From an uncultured Pseudomonadota bacterium (GTDB lineage Bacteria; Myxococcota_A; Polyangia; Fen-1088): DNA of 64,000 bases. The position numbers and the translations under genes were made by a program. A model generated the notes under the pieces. That model did no database searches. It was not told where the DNA came from and was given only the letters and a program-made list of their open reading frames with translations. Location of the stretch: contig CAWKBC010000027.1 in the NCBI GenBank assembly GCA_963847705.1, positions 256,001 to 320,000 of the forward strand. The letters are read 5' to 3'. Numbering within the stretch: position 1 is the stretch's first letter; each line of letters starts with the position of its first letter. Below, piece after piece: positions 1-9,659 of this stretch.

Positions 1-216
1 GGCGACCTGGCGCAGGAAGCTGCGCAGAAACCGGGTCTCGACGTTGGCCGCAATGCCCAATCGGCGCGCCAACCCTTGTTTGACGTACCCCTCAATGAGC
101 GTGTTGGGGACCACCAGATTCACGGGATCGAACAGGCTCGTTCGCCCCGCACCGACGGTCCCCGCGAGCGCCTCGACCAGCGCCTCGAGGCGATTGGAGC
201 AGCAAAACCGGATCAC
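1..216 (-). CDS. recC: Exodeoxyribonuclease V gamma subunit (RecC), N-terminus; runs off window
   Basis: Manual translation from GTG at 216: MIRFCCSNRLEALVEALAG...SLFDPVNLVVPN...GLARRLGIAANVETRFLRSFL. Matches the RecC N-terminal SNRL and GIAAN motifs. Not in the ORF track. Confidence 0.8.
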   Translation of the reverse strand, partial: MIRFCCSNRLEALVEALAGTVGAGRTSLFDPVNLVVPNTLIEGYVKQGLARRLGIAANVETRFLRSFLRQVA

Positions 217-243
217 GCCAGGCTGTTCTAGTACAATTCGGGC

Positions 244-654
244 GTGTCCCCATTCAGCATCTTGCTCGTCGAAGACGACTTCGACGTTCGAGAGGCGCTG
301 GTGGAAACCCTGCGCGATCGGGGGTACCTCGTCGAGTCGGCCCCCGACGGCGAGCAGGCGATGCTCCTGCTGCGCGCCGGCGCCCGCCCCGGGCTGATTC
401 TGCTGGATCTCATGATGCCGCGCATGAGCGGGTCGGAGTTCCGGATGGCTCAGCTGATCGATCCGGCGCTCTCCGGGCTGCCGGTCGTGCTGTTGAGCGC
501 GGACGGGCGCATGGAAGAAAAGGCGGTCGCGCTCAAGGTTCAAGGCGCGATCCGCAAGCCGATCGATCTCGACCAGCTGTTCTCGGTCATCGAGCGCGTG
601 CGCAGCGTCGGCGTGGCGGCCGGCGACGCGGCGGCTAGTAAAACAGACGCATGA
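244..654 (+). CDS. Single-domain response regulator (CheY-like receiver)
   Basis: LLVEDD, LLDLMMPRMSG (phospho-Asp), LLSA and KP motifs. Confidence 0.9.
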   Translation: MSPFSILLVEDDFDVREALVETLRDRGYLVESAPDGEQAMLLLRAGARPGLILLDLMMPRMSGSEFRMAQLIDPALSGLPVVLLSADGRMEEKAVALKVQGAIRKPIDLDQLFSVIERVRSVGVAAGDAAASKTDA

Positions 655-2149
655 AGCGGCGGAGCAGGCGCTTGGTCCGCGCCTGATAGGGGAAGCCGAG
701 TTGCCGGGCGACGAACGGCGAGAGCCATCCCAGCAAGGGATGGTCCTCGACGATGGTTTCGATCCGGCAGAACTGGCGCAGCCCCTCGGCGCCGTGGCGG
801 AACCCGAAGCCGCTCGCCTTGATCCCGCCCAGCGGCGCCTCGACGCAGAAGTAGTTGAAGAGCGCGTCGTTCACGCAGAGGCTGCCGGTCGCCACCCGCC
901 GCGCCAGCGCCCGCGCCTTGTCGACGTCGGCTGACCAGACGCTGCCCGACAGGCCGAACGGCGAATCGTTGGCGATGCGCAGCGCCTCCTCGGGGCTCCC
1001 GACCCGCATCACCGGCAGGAGAGGGCCGAAGGTCTCCTCGCGCATGACCGCCATCTCCAGCGTCGCGTCGGCGATCAGCGTCGGGGGGAAGAACTGCCCG
1101 CCCCCCAGATCGGTCCGCCGCGCGCCGCCGGTCAGCACGCGGGCGCCGCGCGCGACGGCGTCGGCGATCTGCCCCTCGGCGCGGGCGATCTGCGGCGCGA
1201 AGGTGATGGCGCCGACGTCGACGGTCACCTCGCCGGCGCCGTCGCGCCCGGGGTCCGCCTGGCGCAGGCGTCCGATCTCCTCGGTCATGAGCGCCAGCAG
1301 GCGATCGGCGGCGGGCGCCTCGACCAGCACGCGCTCGGTGCGGATGCAGACCTGGCCGCTGCCGGCGAACCCGCTCCAGACGGCGGCGCGCGCGGCCCGC
1401 GGCAGATCGGCGTCGGCGAGCACGATCATCGCCGACTTCCCCCCCAGCTCCAGCACCGCCGGGATGAGGCGCGCGGCGGCGGCCGCCGCCACCTGCTTGC
1501 CGACGGCCGGGCTGCCGGTGAAGAAGATCATGTCGGCCGACGCCGTCAGCGCCGCGCCCCCGTCCCCGCGTCCGGCCACGACCTCGAGCACGCCGTCGGG
1601 GAGCCCGCAGCTCTTCCAGAGCGCGCCCACGCGCAGCGAAGTCAGCGGCGTGGTGTCCGACGGTTTCAGCACCACCGCGTTGCCGGCCGCCAGCGGCCCG
1701 ATGCAGTCGCCATAGTTGTTGAGCAGCGGAAAGTTCCAGGGGCCGATGACGCCGACGACGCCGCGCGGGTGGCGGACGACGCGCGTCCTTTTGTTGGAGA
1801 AGATGAGCGGGTGGTGGAGCTCGTCGCGCAGCGCCCGCCGCCCCGCCCGCCCCGTGTAGTAGCGGGTCAGCTCGAGCACGTAAAACAGCTCGAACAGCTC
1901 GGCCTCGTAGCGGGTCTTGCCAGTCTCGGCGACCAGCGACGCCATCAGCTCGTCGTCGTCGCGCAGCGCGCGCGCGAACCGGCGCAGCGCGCGCGCCCGT
2001 TCGCCGAAGGACAGCGCCCCCCAGGCCGGCTGCGCCGCCCGCGCCCGCGCCACCGCCGCCTCGATCGCCGCCGGGTCGGCGCAGGGGATCTCCCGGATGA
2101 TCTGGCCGGTGGCGGCGTTCTTGACGCGAATCGGATCGGGGGCGCTCAC
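635..2149 (-). CDS. Aldehyde dehydrogenase family protein
   Basis: PWNFP, LKPS, FTGS, LELGGK, GQVC (catalytic Cys), EETFGP. Confidence 0.93.
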   Translation of the reverse strand: MSAPDPIRVKNAATGQIIREIPCADPAAIEAAVARARAAQPAWGALSFGERARALRRFARALRDDDELMASLVAETGKTRYEAELFELFYVLELTRYYTGRAGRRALRDELHHPLIFSNKRTRVVRHPRGVVGVIGPWNFPLLNNYGDCIGPLAAGNAVVLKPSDTTPLTSLRVGALWKSCGLPDGVLEVVAGRGDGGAALTASADMIFFTGSPAVGKQVAAAAAARLIPAVLELGGKSAMIVLADADLPRAARAAVWSGFAGSGQVCIRTERVLVEAPAADRLLALMTEEIGRLRQADPGRDGAGEVTVDVGAITFAPQIARAEGQIADAVARGARVLTGGARRTDLGGGQFFPPTLIADATLEMAVMREETFGPLLPVMRVGSPEEALRIANDSPFGLSGSVWSADVDKARALARRVATGSLCVNDALFNYFCVEAPLGGIKASGFGFRHGAEGLRQFCRIETIVEDHPLLGWLSPFVARQLGFPYQARTKRLLRRFMRLFY

Positions 2150-2595
2150 GGGGAGACATTACGTCGCCGAACGATGTCCCCCGTCAACCTCACCGGCACA
2201 CAGCCGGGCCAGAGCGGCAGGGCGTTGAGGATCGGAAACCCGTTCAGCCACCCGCAGCCGCCCGCGATGGTGACGGTGAGGCCGACGACCGCCTCGCCCC
2301 CGGCCGCGGCGATCTGAGCGTTGATCTCGTCGGAGAAATCGCGCGTCGGCGGGGTCGTCAGCGCCGAGTAGACGAAGCCTGGGGTCGTCTTGCGGATGTC
2401 GAGCCAACCGACCTTGACCAACGTCCGCGCGTCGTAGGGGCGTCCGCTGGCATCGCGCACCACCGGCGAGAGGGAGAGCGGATAGCGCGCGCGATCCGCG
2501 GTGACGTTGACGCGCGCACCGGCGCACCCCGCGGCGGCGAGCGCGGCCAGCGCGCCGAACAGCAGGCGCGCGCGGGTCGTCACAGCGACGGACAC
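2146..2595 (-). CDS. Hypothetical lipoprotein
   Basis: Signal peptide with lipobox AAAGC; 4-nt overlap with the ALDH start. Confidence 0.65.
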   Translation of the reverse strand: MSVAVTTRARLLFGALAALAAAGCAGARVNVTADRARYPLSLSPVVRDASGRPYDARTLVKVGWLDIRKTTPGFVYSALTTPPTRDFSDEINAQIAAAGGEAVVGLTVTIAGGCGWLNGFPILNALPLWPGCVPVRLTGDIVRRRNVSP

Positions 2596-3041
2596 GACGC
2601 TCCCGGGACGATGACTTCGGTGGCCTCGGCCTCGACCAGGACGTCGTAGATGTAGAACAGGAACGGCACGGTGACCTGCCAGGCGTGGGCGCCGAGCTTC
2701 GACAGCTGAAGGTCGTGCTGGCAGGGTGTCCAGTAAAGGAGCCGATCGGCCGAGACTCCGAGCTGACTGTCATCCGCCAGCCCCCAGAGGTAAGCCGGAA
2801 AGAAGAAGTCGTAGGAACGCCGCCGCCCCGCGATGGAGGCCAAAGCTACCGGTGCAGGGAGGCGTGCCCTTGGGCCGCACCCGATGCAGGGCACCGGGCC
2901 GAGCAAGACCGGCACCCGCAGCTCGGCGGTGCTCAACGACGTCGAGGAGCAACCCCCGAGGGCGAGCGCGACGACGACGGCAAGGGCGAGCGCGGGAACG
3001 GCGCCCGGGACGACGACAGCCGGTGCGGACCACCGCGGCAC
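2580..3041 (-). CDS. Hypothetical lipoprotein (start uncertain)
   Basis: Hydrophobic stretch then LGGC lipobox; overlaps the next gene; N-terminal motif resembles the neighbour. Confidence 0.55.
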   Translation of the reverse strand: MPRWSAPAVVVPGAVPALALAVVVALALGGCSSTSLSTAELRVPVLLGPVPCIGCGPRARLPAPVALASIAGRRRSYDFFFPAYLWGLADDSQLGVSADRLLYWTPCQHDLQLSKLGAHAWQVTVPFLFYIYDVLVEAEATEVIVPGASCPSL

Positions 3042-3120
3042 TCCTCGATGTTGAACGGGACGGGAGGCAACCACAAGCGCGGTCCGCCGACGGTCGGGGC
3101 GGGGTCTCCGTGATAGAATT

Positions 3121-3564
3121 TTGGGCGTGGCAAGCGTCGACAATCGAAAGCTGAGGAAGCTGCGCATCCTGGTGGCCAAGGTCGGTCTCGACGGACACGA
3201 CCGCGGCGCCAAGGTGGTCGCGCGAGGCCTCGCCGACGCGGGGTACGAGGTGATCTACAGCGGGCTGCACCAGACGCCGGAGATGGTGGCCGCGGCGGCG
3301 GCGCAGGAGTCGGTCGACGCGGTCGGGCTCTCGATCATGTCGGGGGCGCACATGACGCACTTCCCGGCGGTGCGCGCCGCGCTGGACGCCCGTGGCGCGA
3401 ACGAGGTCGTTCTCTTCGGCGGCGGCATCGTCCCCGACGAGGACGCCGCGGCGCTGAAGGCGGGCGGCGTCGCCGCCATCTTCACGCCGGGGACGTCGAC
3501 CCAGGCGATCGTCGACTGGATCGAGCGCGAGCTGCGTCCGCGGGTCGAGGGAGCGGCGGCTTGA
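3121..3564 (+). CDS. Methylmalonyl-CoA mutase small, cobalamin-binding subunit
   Basis: AKVGLDGHDRGAK (DxHxxG), GLSIMSGAH, GGGIVP. Confidence 0.93.
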   Translation: MGVASVDNRKLRKLRILVAKVGLDGHDRGAKVVARGLADAGYEVIYSGLHQTPEMVAAAAAQESVDAVGLSIMSGAHMTHFPAVRAALDARGANEVVLFGGGIVPDEDAAALKAGGVAAIFTPGTSTQAIVDWIERELRPRVEGAAA

Positions 3565-4793
3565 TCCGCACCCTCCTGCGCGCAGCGTCGGTGGCGGCGC
3601 TGGCCGTCGTCCTGTCGTCGCCGGTGCGGGCCCAGGCGGGCGTGCAGCCCGAGGAGAACCGGATCGCCGACATCCTGCAGTCGACGCTGGTCGCGCACGG
3701 CGCCGAGGTGAACCGCTGCTTCGAGCGGGCGCTGGCCGACACGCTCGACGTCTCGGGCAAGATCGAGCTCTCGGTCGACGTCGGCGCGGCCGGCAAGATC
3801 ACCAAGGCCGAGCCGGCCCTCGACGAGGTGAAGTCGCCCGTCCTGCTGGCCTGCCTGGAGGCGAGCGCGCTGACCTGGACGCTGGTGGGGATCGATCCCG
3901 GCAGCACCGTCGTGGTGCCGCTGGCCTTCGAGGGCCAGGCGGCCCAGTTCACCATCAAGGTCGCGGACGCGCCCGAGCACGGCCCGCCCGCGCCCAAGCG
4001 CAAGGCGGGCGGCTCGCCGCCCCCGGCCCCGCCGTTCTCGGTCAAGCTGCTGGTCGACGAGGCGACGATGCACGCCCAGAAGGCGGCGGTGGCGCAGCTG
4101 ACCGTGGCGCCGGCCAACCGGATCGCGCTCCACCGCCACCCGGGCGCGGAGCTTCTCTACGTGATGCGCGGCCACGCGCGCGTGCTGGGCGCCGCCGGCG
4201 TGGCCCCCGAGAAGCTGGACGAGGGGATGGCGATATACATTCCCCCCGCGATGCCGCACGCCATCGAGAACATGGGGCGCCAGACGCCCGCGCTGCTGCT
4301 GGAGGTCTTCGTTCCGCCCGGGCCCGAAAAGGTCTTCCGAGATCCCAAGGATCCCGCCGGGCGCGCGGCCTTCGAGGTTCTTCACGACCCCAAGGTCGCG
4401 TCACCCGAGGGCGCCAAGTTCATCGTCGCCACGCCGACCGCCGGGGCGGCCCTGCCGCTCTTCGGCGGCAAGGGGAGGGCGACGCCGCTGCTCGACGTGG
4501 CCCACACCGGCGATCGCGCCGTCTACCTCGGCAAGCTGGAGGCCGAGCCGGGCGTCGAGGTTCCCCGTCACTCGCACCCCGGCGCCGAGGAGATCATCTT
4601 CGTCATGGCCGGAGCTGGCGAATTGACGGTGGGGAGCGAAAAATTCCCCTTCGAGGGGCCGGAGGCGCTCTACATTCCCGCCGGACAACCGCACGCCGTG
4701 AAGTTCACCGGGACCGACAAGGCCGAGATGGTGCAGATCTACGCGCCGGCCGGCCCCGAGGACCGCTACAAGGACGCCAAGACCAAACCATGA
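3561..4793 (+). CDS. Exported protein: AgmX/PglI-C-like domain plus two cupin domains
   Basis: Signal peptide; RCFERAL...GKIELSVDV...CL (GYF/AgmX-C-like); two cupin motifs HRHPGAELLYV and HSHPGAEEIIFV. Confidence 0.7.
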   Translation: MIRTLLRAASVAALAVVLSSPVRAQAGVQPEENRIADILQSTLVAHGAEVNRCFERALADTLDVSGKIELSVDVGAAGKITKAEPALDEVKSPVLLACLEASALTWTLVGIDPGSTVVVPLAFEGQAAQFTIKVADAPEHGPPAPKRKAGGSPPPAPPFSVKLLVDEATMHAQKAAVAQLTVAPANRIALHRHPGAELLYVMRGHARVLGAAGVAPEKLDEGMAIYIPPAMPHAIENMGRQTPALLLEVFVPPGPEKVFRDPKDPAGRAAFEVLHDPKVASPEGAKFIVATPTAGAALPLFGGKGRATPLLDVAHTGDRAVYLGKLEAEPGVEVPRHSHPGAEEIIFVMAGAGELTVGSEKFPFEGPEALYIPAGQPHAVKFTGTDKAEMVQIYAPAGPEDRYKDAKTKP

Positions 4794-5950
4794 TCGACTT
4801 CGAGCTGACCGACGACCAGCGCGTCCTGCAGAGATCGGTGCGCGAGCTCTGCGACCGGCTGATCGTCCCCCACGCGCACGACTGGGACGAAGAGGAGCGC
4901 TTCCCGCACGAGGTCATCAAGCCGATGGGGGAGATGGGCCTGTTCGGGATGCAGGTCCCCGAGAAGTACGGCGGCGCGGGGATGAAATGCCACGACTTCG
5001 TGGTGGCGCTGGAGGAGGTGGCGCGGGCCGACGCCTCGGTCGGCCTCACGATGGCCTCGCACAACTCGCTCTGCACGGGGCACATCTTCCTGGCCAGCAC
5101 CGAGGCGCAGAAACAGAAGTACCTGCCCCGCCTCGCCAGCGGCGAGGTGCTGGGCGGGTGGGGGCTGACCGAGCCGGGCTCGGGCTCCGATGCCGGGGCC
5201 GCGCGCACGCGCGCCGTGCGGCAAGGCGACAAGTGGGTCATCAACGGCACCAAGACCTTCATCACCCAGGGGTCGGTCGGTGGCGTGTTCGTGGTGATGG
5301 CCTCGACCAGCCCCGAGAAGAAGGCCAAGGGGTTGACGGCGTTCATCGTCGAGCGCGGGATGCCCGGCTTTCGCACCGGCAAGAAGATCCACAAGATGGG
5401 GCTGCGCGCCTCCGACACGACGGAGCTGATCTTCGAGGACGTCACCGTCGGTGAGGAGCACCGCCTGGGCGAGATCGACAACGGCTTCTTCGACACGCTG
5501 AAGGTGCTCGACAAGGGGCGGATCGGCATCGGCGCCTGGTCGGTCGGCATCGGCCGCGCGGCGCTCGAGGCCTCCCTTCGCTACGCCAAGGAGCGGGTGC
5601 AGTTCGGCAAGTCGCTCTCCGAGTTCCAGGCCATCCAGCACATGCTGGCCGACATGGCGACCGAGCTGGACGCCGCGCGGCTTCTGGTTTGGCGCGCGGC
5701 CTGGATGCAGGACCAGGGGCAGCGCACCACCGAGGAGTCGTCGATCGCCAAGTACTACGCGGCGCGGGCGAGCGTCCGCGCCTGCAACGCCGCCGTCCAG
5801 ATCCACGGCGGCTACGGCTACACCCGCGAGTTCGACGTCGAGCGCTACCTGCGCGACGCCAAGCTGGCCGAGATCGGCGAGGGGACCAACGAGGTCCAGA
5901 AGATGGTGATCGCGCGCGAGCTCCTGCGCACGGCGGCCGAGCAGGGCTAG
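4790..5950 (+). CDS. Acyl-CoA dehydrogenase
   Basis: LTEPGSGSD, NGTKTFIT, KMGLRAS, R.QFGK, QIHGGYGY, IGEGTNE. Confidence 0.95.
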   Translation: MIDFELTDDQRVLQRSVRELCDRLIVPHAHDWDEEERFPHEVIKPMGEMGLFGMQVPEKYGGAGMKCHDFVVALEEVARADASVGLTMASHNSLCTGHIFLASTEAQKQKYLPRLASGEVLGGWGLTEPGSGSDAGAARTRAVRQGDKWVINGTKTFITQGSVGGVFVVMASTSPEKKAKGLTAFIVERGMPGFRTGKKIHKMGLRASDTTELIFEDVTVGEEHRLGEIDNGFFDTLKVLDKGRIGIGAWSVGIGRAALEASLRYAKERVQFGKSLSEFQAIQHMLADMATELDAARLLVWRAAWMQDQGQRTTEESSIAKYYAARASVRACNAAVQIHGGYGYTREFDVERYLRDAKLAEIGEGTNEVQKMVIARELLRTAAEQG

Positions 5951-5972
5951 AGGGCGTTGCCGTAAGGCGACG

Positions 5973-7085
5973 GTGAGCGAAGCGAACCATGGACATTGGC
6001 CCGACGACATGCCCGCCGAAGGTGGCCTGAGCGGGAGCCCCGTGGCGGACGCGGGCGTTCGGCAAGGGGAAGGCGCCGTGGAGGGCGGCGTCGAAGGCGG
6101 CGTCGAACGCTCCGTCGAACGCGCCGTCGAACGCTCCGTCGACCGCATCTTGGCCGGCGATCTGCGCGCGGCGGCCACGCTCATGCGGGCGCTCGACGAC
6201 GAGCTGCCGGGCGCGCGCCAGGCGCTGCGCGCCATCTATCCCCACGGCGGGCGCGCCTTCGTCGTCGGGGTCACCGGCAGCCCCGGCGTCGGCAAGTCGA
6301 CGCTGGTCTCGGCGCTGGTGGCGGCCTACCGCGCGCGCGGCGAGCGGGTCGCGGTGGTGGCGGTCGATCCCTCCAGCCCCTTCAGCGGCGGCGCGCTCCT
6401 CGGCGATCGCGTGCGGATGAGCCGCCACGCCACCGATGACGGTGTCTTCATCCGCTCGCTGGCCACGCGCGGGCACCAGGGCGGGCTTTCGCGCGCGACC
6501 TCGGCGTCGGTGGCGGTGCTCGACGCCGCCGGGTTTCCGGTGATCTTCGTGGAGACGGTGGGGGCAGGGCAGGCGGAGCTCGACGTCGCCGACGCCGCCG
6601 ACGCCGTGCTGGTGGTGACGGCGCCCGGCCTCGGCGACGAGGTCCAGGCGTTGAAGGCGGGCCTGCTGGAGATCGCCGACCTGCTGGTGGTGAACAAGGG
6701 CGACCGCGAGGGTGCCGACCGGACGCTGGCGGATCTCACCGCGATGCTCGCGCTGGGGGCGCGCGCGGTGCCCCCCTTGCTCAAGACGGTCGCGGCGCGC
6801 GAGGCGGGCATCGACGAGCTCGTGGTGGCGCTGGAGCTCCTGCGGGCGCTCCCAGCCGCCGAGCGCACGGCGCGGCGGCGCCGCCAGGCGGCGCGACAGA
6901 TCGTGGCGATCGCGGGCGAGCGGGCACGCGCGCAGGCGGAGGCGGCGCTGGCCGAACATGACGCCGCCGCCTCCGCCGGCACCGATTTGCGCTGGGGGCC
7001 TACAGTCGACGCTGTGGTGTTGCGCACGCTCGATCCCTGGAGCGCCGCCGACCAGCTCTTGGAGGTGTTAAAATACCAGCCATGA
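5973..7085 (+). CDS. meaB: MeaB/ArgK GTPase chaperone of methylmalonyl-CoA mutase
   Basis: GSPGVGKST, VDPSSPFSGGALLGDRVRM, ETVGAGQ, NKGD. Confidence 0.93.
   Translation: MSEANHGHWPDDMPAEGGLSGSPVADAGVRQGEGAVEGGVEGGVERSVERAVERSVDRILAGDLRAAATLMRALDDELPGARQALRAIYPHGGRAFVVGVTGSPGVGKSTLVSALVAAYRARGERVAVVAVDPSSPFSGGALLGDRVRMSRHATDDGVFIRSLATRGHQGGLSRATSASVAVLDAAGFPVIFVETVGAGQAELDVADAADAVLVVTAPGLGDEVQALKAGLLEIADLLVVNKGDREGADRTLADLTAMLALGARAVPPLLKTVAAREAGIDELVVALELLRALPAAERTARRRRQAARQIVAIAGERARAQAEAALAEHDAAASAGTDLRWGPTVDAVVLRTLDPWSAADQLLEVLKYQP
6069..6140 (+). repeat. In-frame 12-bp tandem repeat x6 in the meaB N-terminus
   Basis: gaaggcgccgtg/gagggcggcgtc/gaaggcggcgtc/gaacgctccgtc/gaacgcgccgtc/gaacgctccgtc, encoding EGAV EGGV EGGV ERSV ERAV ERSV. 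Confidence 0.85.
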
Positions 7086-7792
7086 AGCCCCTCTCTCTTA
7101 AGGCAACGACGTCGATGCTGGCGACTCTGGGCCTGGTGGGGTGCGGCCTCATCAGCACCGACATCACCAAGGTGACGTTCGATCTTCCGACCGAGACGTA
7201 CACCTTCGACACCGCGCAGTGGAACATCCCGCCGGCCCTCGATGGTCTGGCATTTCCCACCATCGCCTGCACGACCGACGACGACTGCTGCAACAACCCG
7301 CTGGCGAGCGCCGCCGGCCTCGACTGCACGATGACGAAGCTCGCGTGCACATCGGGCTCCTGCGCCGCTTCGCTCCCCGAGTCCCAGGCCACGATGATCA
7401 ACCTGTCGACCGACGTCATGCCCAGCCTCTCCTCGTACACCTCGCTGGTCAGCATCTCGATCAGCAGCATCAAGTACACCGTCCGGAGCAACACCCTCAA
7501 CGTCGCCGTCCCGCCGCTCTCCATCTACCTGGCGCCCAACGGGGTGACCGACCCGACCGATTCCCGGGCGCAGCTCTTCGGCACGGTCCCCACGATCCCC
7601 GCGGGAAGCACGCCGAACGGGAACGTCCAGCTCGTGTCGAACGCCGCCGCCGTGTTCCAGATGTTCACCAGCAACCTGGCCACGCCGTTCGAGATCATCA
7701 CCGCAGCCACGGTGGTGATCGGGGCCGGAACCCCGGTTCCGACCGGGGCGATCACGATCGCCGTGACCGGCGCGCTCTCCGCGCAGCCGTGA
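7082..7792 (+). CDS. Hypothetical lipoprotein, Cys-rich N-terminal segment
   Basis: LVGC lipobox; CTTDDDCC...C...C...C; Thr/Ser-rich beta-like C-terminus. Confidence 0.75.
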   Translation: MKPLSLKATTSMLATLGLVGCGLISTDITKVTFDLPTETYTFDTAQWNIPPALDGLAFPTIACTTDDDCCNNPLASAAGLDCTMTKLACTSGSCAASLPESQATMINLSTDVMPSLSSYTSLVSISISSIKYTVRSNTLNVAVPPLSIYLAPNGVTDPTDSRAQLFGTVPTIPAGSTPNGNVQLVSNAAAVFQMFTSNLATPFEIITAATVVIGAGTPVPTGAITIAVTGALSAQP

Positions 7793-7805
7793 GCCGATCG
7801 CAGCC

Positions 7806-9032
7806 GTGAGCCCGAACGTCGATCGCGACGTGGTGATCGCCGGCGCCGGTCCGGCCGGCGTCGCCGCGGCCGTCGCGCTGGCGGCGCGGATTCCCGCCGA
7901 GCGAATCGTCTGCCTCGACAAGGCGCGATTTCCCCGCGACAAGCCCTGTGGCGGCGGGTTGACCGGGCACGCGCACGCGGCGCTGGCGCGGCTGGGCCTC
8001 GAGGTGCGGGTGCCGCGCGTCCCTTGCGACCTGGGGCGGCTGGCCTACCGGGGCCGGGCGCGGGATGTCGTGCTCGGCCGGCCGGTCGACATCGTCCGCC
8101 GGTGCGAGTTCGACGCCGATCTGGTGGCGCAGGCGCGCGCGCGCGGGATCGAGATCCTGACGGGGGAGGGGCTGGCCTCGTTCGAGGTCGATGCCCGGGC
8201 CGATGGCGGCGCGGGATCGGTCCGGATCGCCACCACCACCGGCCGCCGGTTGACCGCGCGCGTGCTGGTCGGGGCCGACGGCGCCGGCAGCCGGGTCCGC
8301 CGCGCGCTCACCGCCGATGATCGTCCGCCGCTGCGGCTGTTCCAGGCCGAGGTGCCGATGCCGCCCGCGCTGGCCGCTCTGGTCGACGGCCGCATGGTCT
8401 ACGACTTTTCGTTGATGGCCTGCGGGCTGCGCGGCTATCTCTGGCTGTTCCCCGCGCCGGGGGGCCGCCTGAACGTCGGCGCCATGCACTCCGCCACCAC
8501 CGCACAGAAGCTCTCCGGGGCGGCCATCGAGGCTCTGCTGCGAAAGGGGCTGGCCGCCTACGGCGTCGACCTGCCGGACGGCGCGCGCGGATGGCCGGCC
8601 TGGCGTCACCAGGCGGGCGGCCGCGTGGCCGCGCCGCACCTCGTCTGCGTGGGGGATGCGGCTGGCATCGACGCGCTGACCGGCGAGGGGATCGCCGTCG
8701 GGCTCGAGCATGGGCCGATCGCCGCCGAGGCGATCGCGCGCGCGCTGGAGACGGGCGACTTTCGCTTCGCCGACTACGGCGCCGCGATCGATCGCGCGGT
8801 GGTCGGTCGCGAGCTGACGCTCGACGGCCGGCTGGCGAAGATGCTCTACGCCCCGCGCGCCGGCAAGCTGTGGCTGTCGCTGATCCTGTTCGATCGGCGC
8901 GTGCAGCAGCTCTACGCCGCGCGCGTCTCCGGCTCGGAGGTGCTGGCCGACCGCAAGCGCGCCCTTCTGGGAGCGCTCCTGCGCCACGCGGTCACGGCAC
9001 CGGTCCGCCTGCTGCGCATGCAGAGCGCCTGA
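7806..9032 (+). CDS. Geranylgeranyl reductase-family FAD oxidoreductase
   Basis: GAGPAG, FPRDKPCGGG, GADG, GYLWLFP, VGDAAG...GEGI. Confidence 0.85.
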   Translation: MSPNVDRDVVIAGAGPAGVAAAVALAARIPAERIVCLDKARFPRDKPCGGGLTGHAHAALARLGLEVRVPRVPCDLGRLAYRGRARDVVLGRPVDIVRRCEFDADLVAQARARGIEILTGEGLASFEVDARADGGAGSVRIATTTGRRLTARVLVGADGAGSRVRRALTADDRPPLRLFQAEVPMPPALAALVDGRMVYDFSLMACGLRGYLWLFPAPGGRLNVGAMHSATTAQKLSGAAIEALLRKGLAAYGVDLPDGARGWPAWRHQAGGRVAAPHLVCVGDAAGIDALTGEGIAVGLEHGPIAAEAIARALETGDFRFADYGAAIDRAVVGRELTLDGRLAKMLYAPRAGKLWLSLILFDRRVQQLYAARVSGSEVLADRKRALLGALLRHAVTAPVRLLRMQSA

Positions 9033-9040
9033 GCGAGCCC

Positions 9041-9166
9041 GTCAGGTGGTGGACGTCAGGCGGTGGACGTCAGGCGGTGGACGTCGGGCGGTGGACGTCA
9101 GGTGGTGGACGTCAGGCGGTGGACGTCAGGTGGTGGACGTCAGGTGGTGGACGTCAGGTGGTGAAC
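9041..9166. repeat. Intergenic 14-bp tandem repeat x9 (GTCAGGYGGTGGAC)
   Basis: Nine contiguous units read directly, no spacers; lies between convergent genes. Confidence 0.95.
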
Positions 9167-9209
9167 CGTCAGCCCGTGGAGATGTCGGGCACGTCTGGCG
9201 GGTGAAACG

Positions 9210-9659
9210 TCAGGCGGTGGCGCGGGTCGGGGCGTCGGTGGGGGCAGGCTCAGCGGTCGCGGTCGCGCCGCTCTCGCTGAGCGGACCAGTCGTCGTTACG
9301 GGCACGGTCACGGGCACGGGGTCGGAGCCAGCCTCCCGCAGCTTCGCCCCCTTGTCCTGCTTGTCTTGCTTGCCGGCGTTGACGCGCTCTTTCAGCTCCT
9401 TGCCCACCTTGAAGAAAGGGAGCCGCTTCGGCTGGACGCTCACCCGCACGCCCGTGCGGGGATTGCGCCCTTCATAAGGACGATAGCTTCGCAGCTCGAA
9501 GCTGCCGAAACCGCGGATCTCGATCCGCTCGCCCCGCTTGAGGGCCCCCTCCATCGACTCGAAGACCACCTGGACGAGCTGCTCGGCCCGCCCTTTCGGA
9601 ATCTTCTGCGTCTCACACAAAACGTCGATGAGATCCGACTTCGTCATCGTCCCGTTCAT
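9210..9659 (-). CDS. ihfB: Integration host factor beta / HU family protein with low-complexity C-tail
   Basis: MTKSDLI, RIEIRGFGSF, GRNPRTG, PFFKVGKELKERVN. Confidence 0.85.
   Translation of the reverse strand: MNGTMTKSDLIDVLCETQKIPKGRAEQLVQVVFESMEGALKRGERIEIRGFGSFELRSYRPYEGRNPRTGVRVSVQPKRLPFFKVGKELKERVNAGKQDKQDKGAKLREAGSDPVPVTVPVTTTGPLSESGATATAEPAPTDAPTRATA

Noticed and set aside
9041-9166. CRISPR array
   Set aside because: Units are 14 bp and contiguous with no unique spacers; no cas genes in the window
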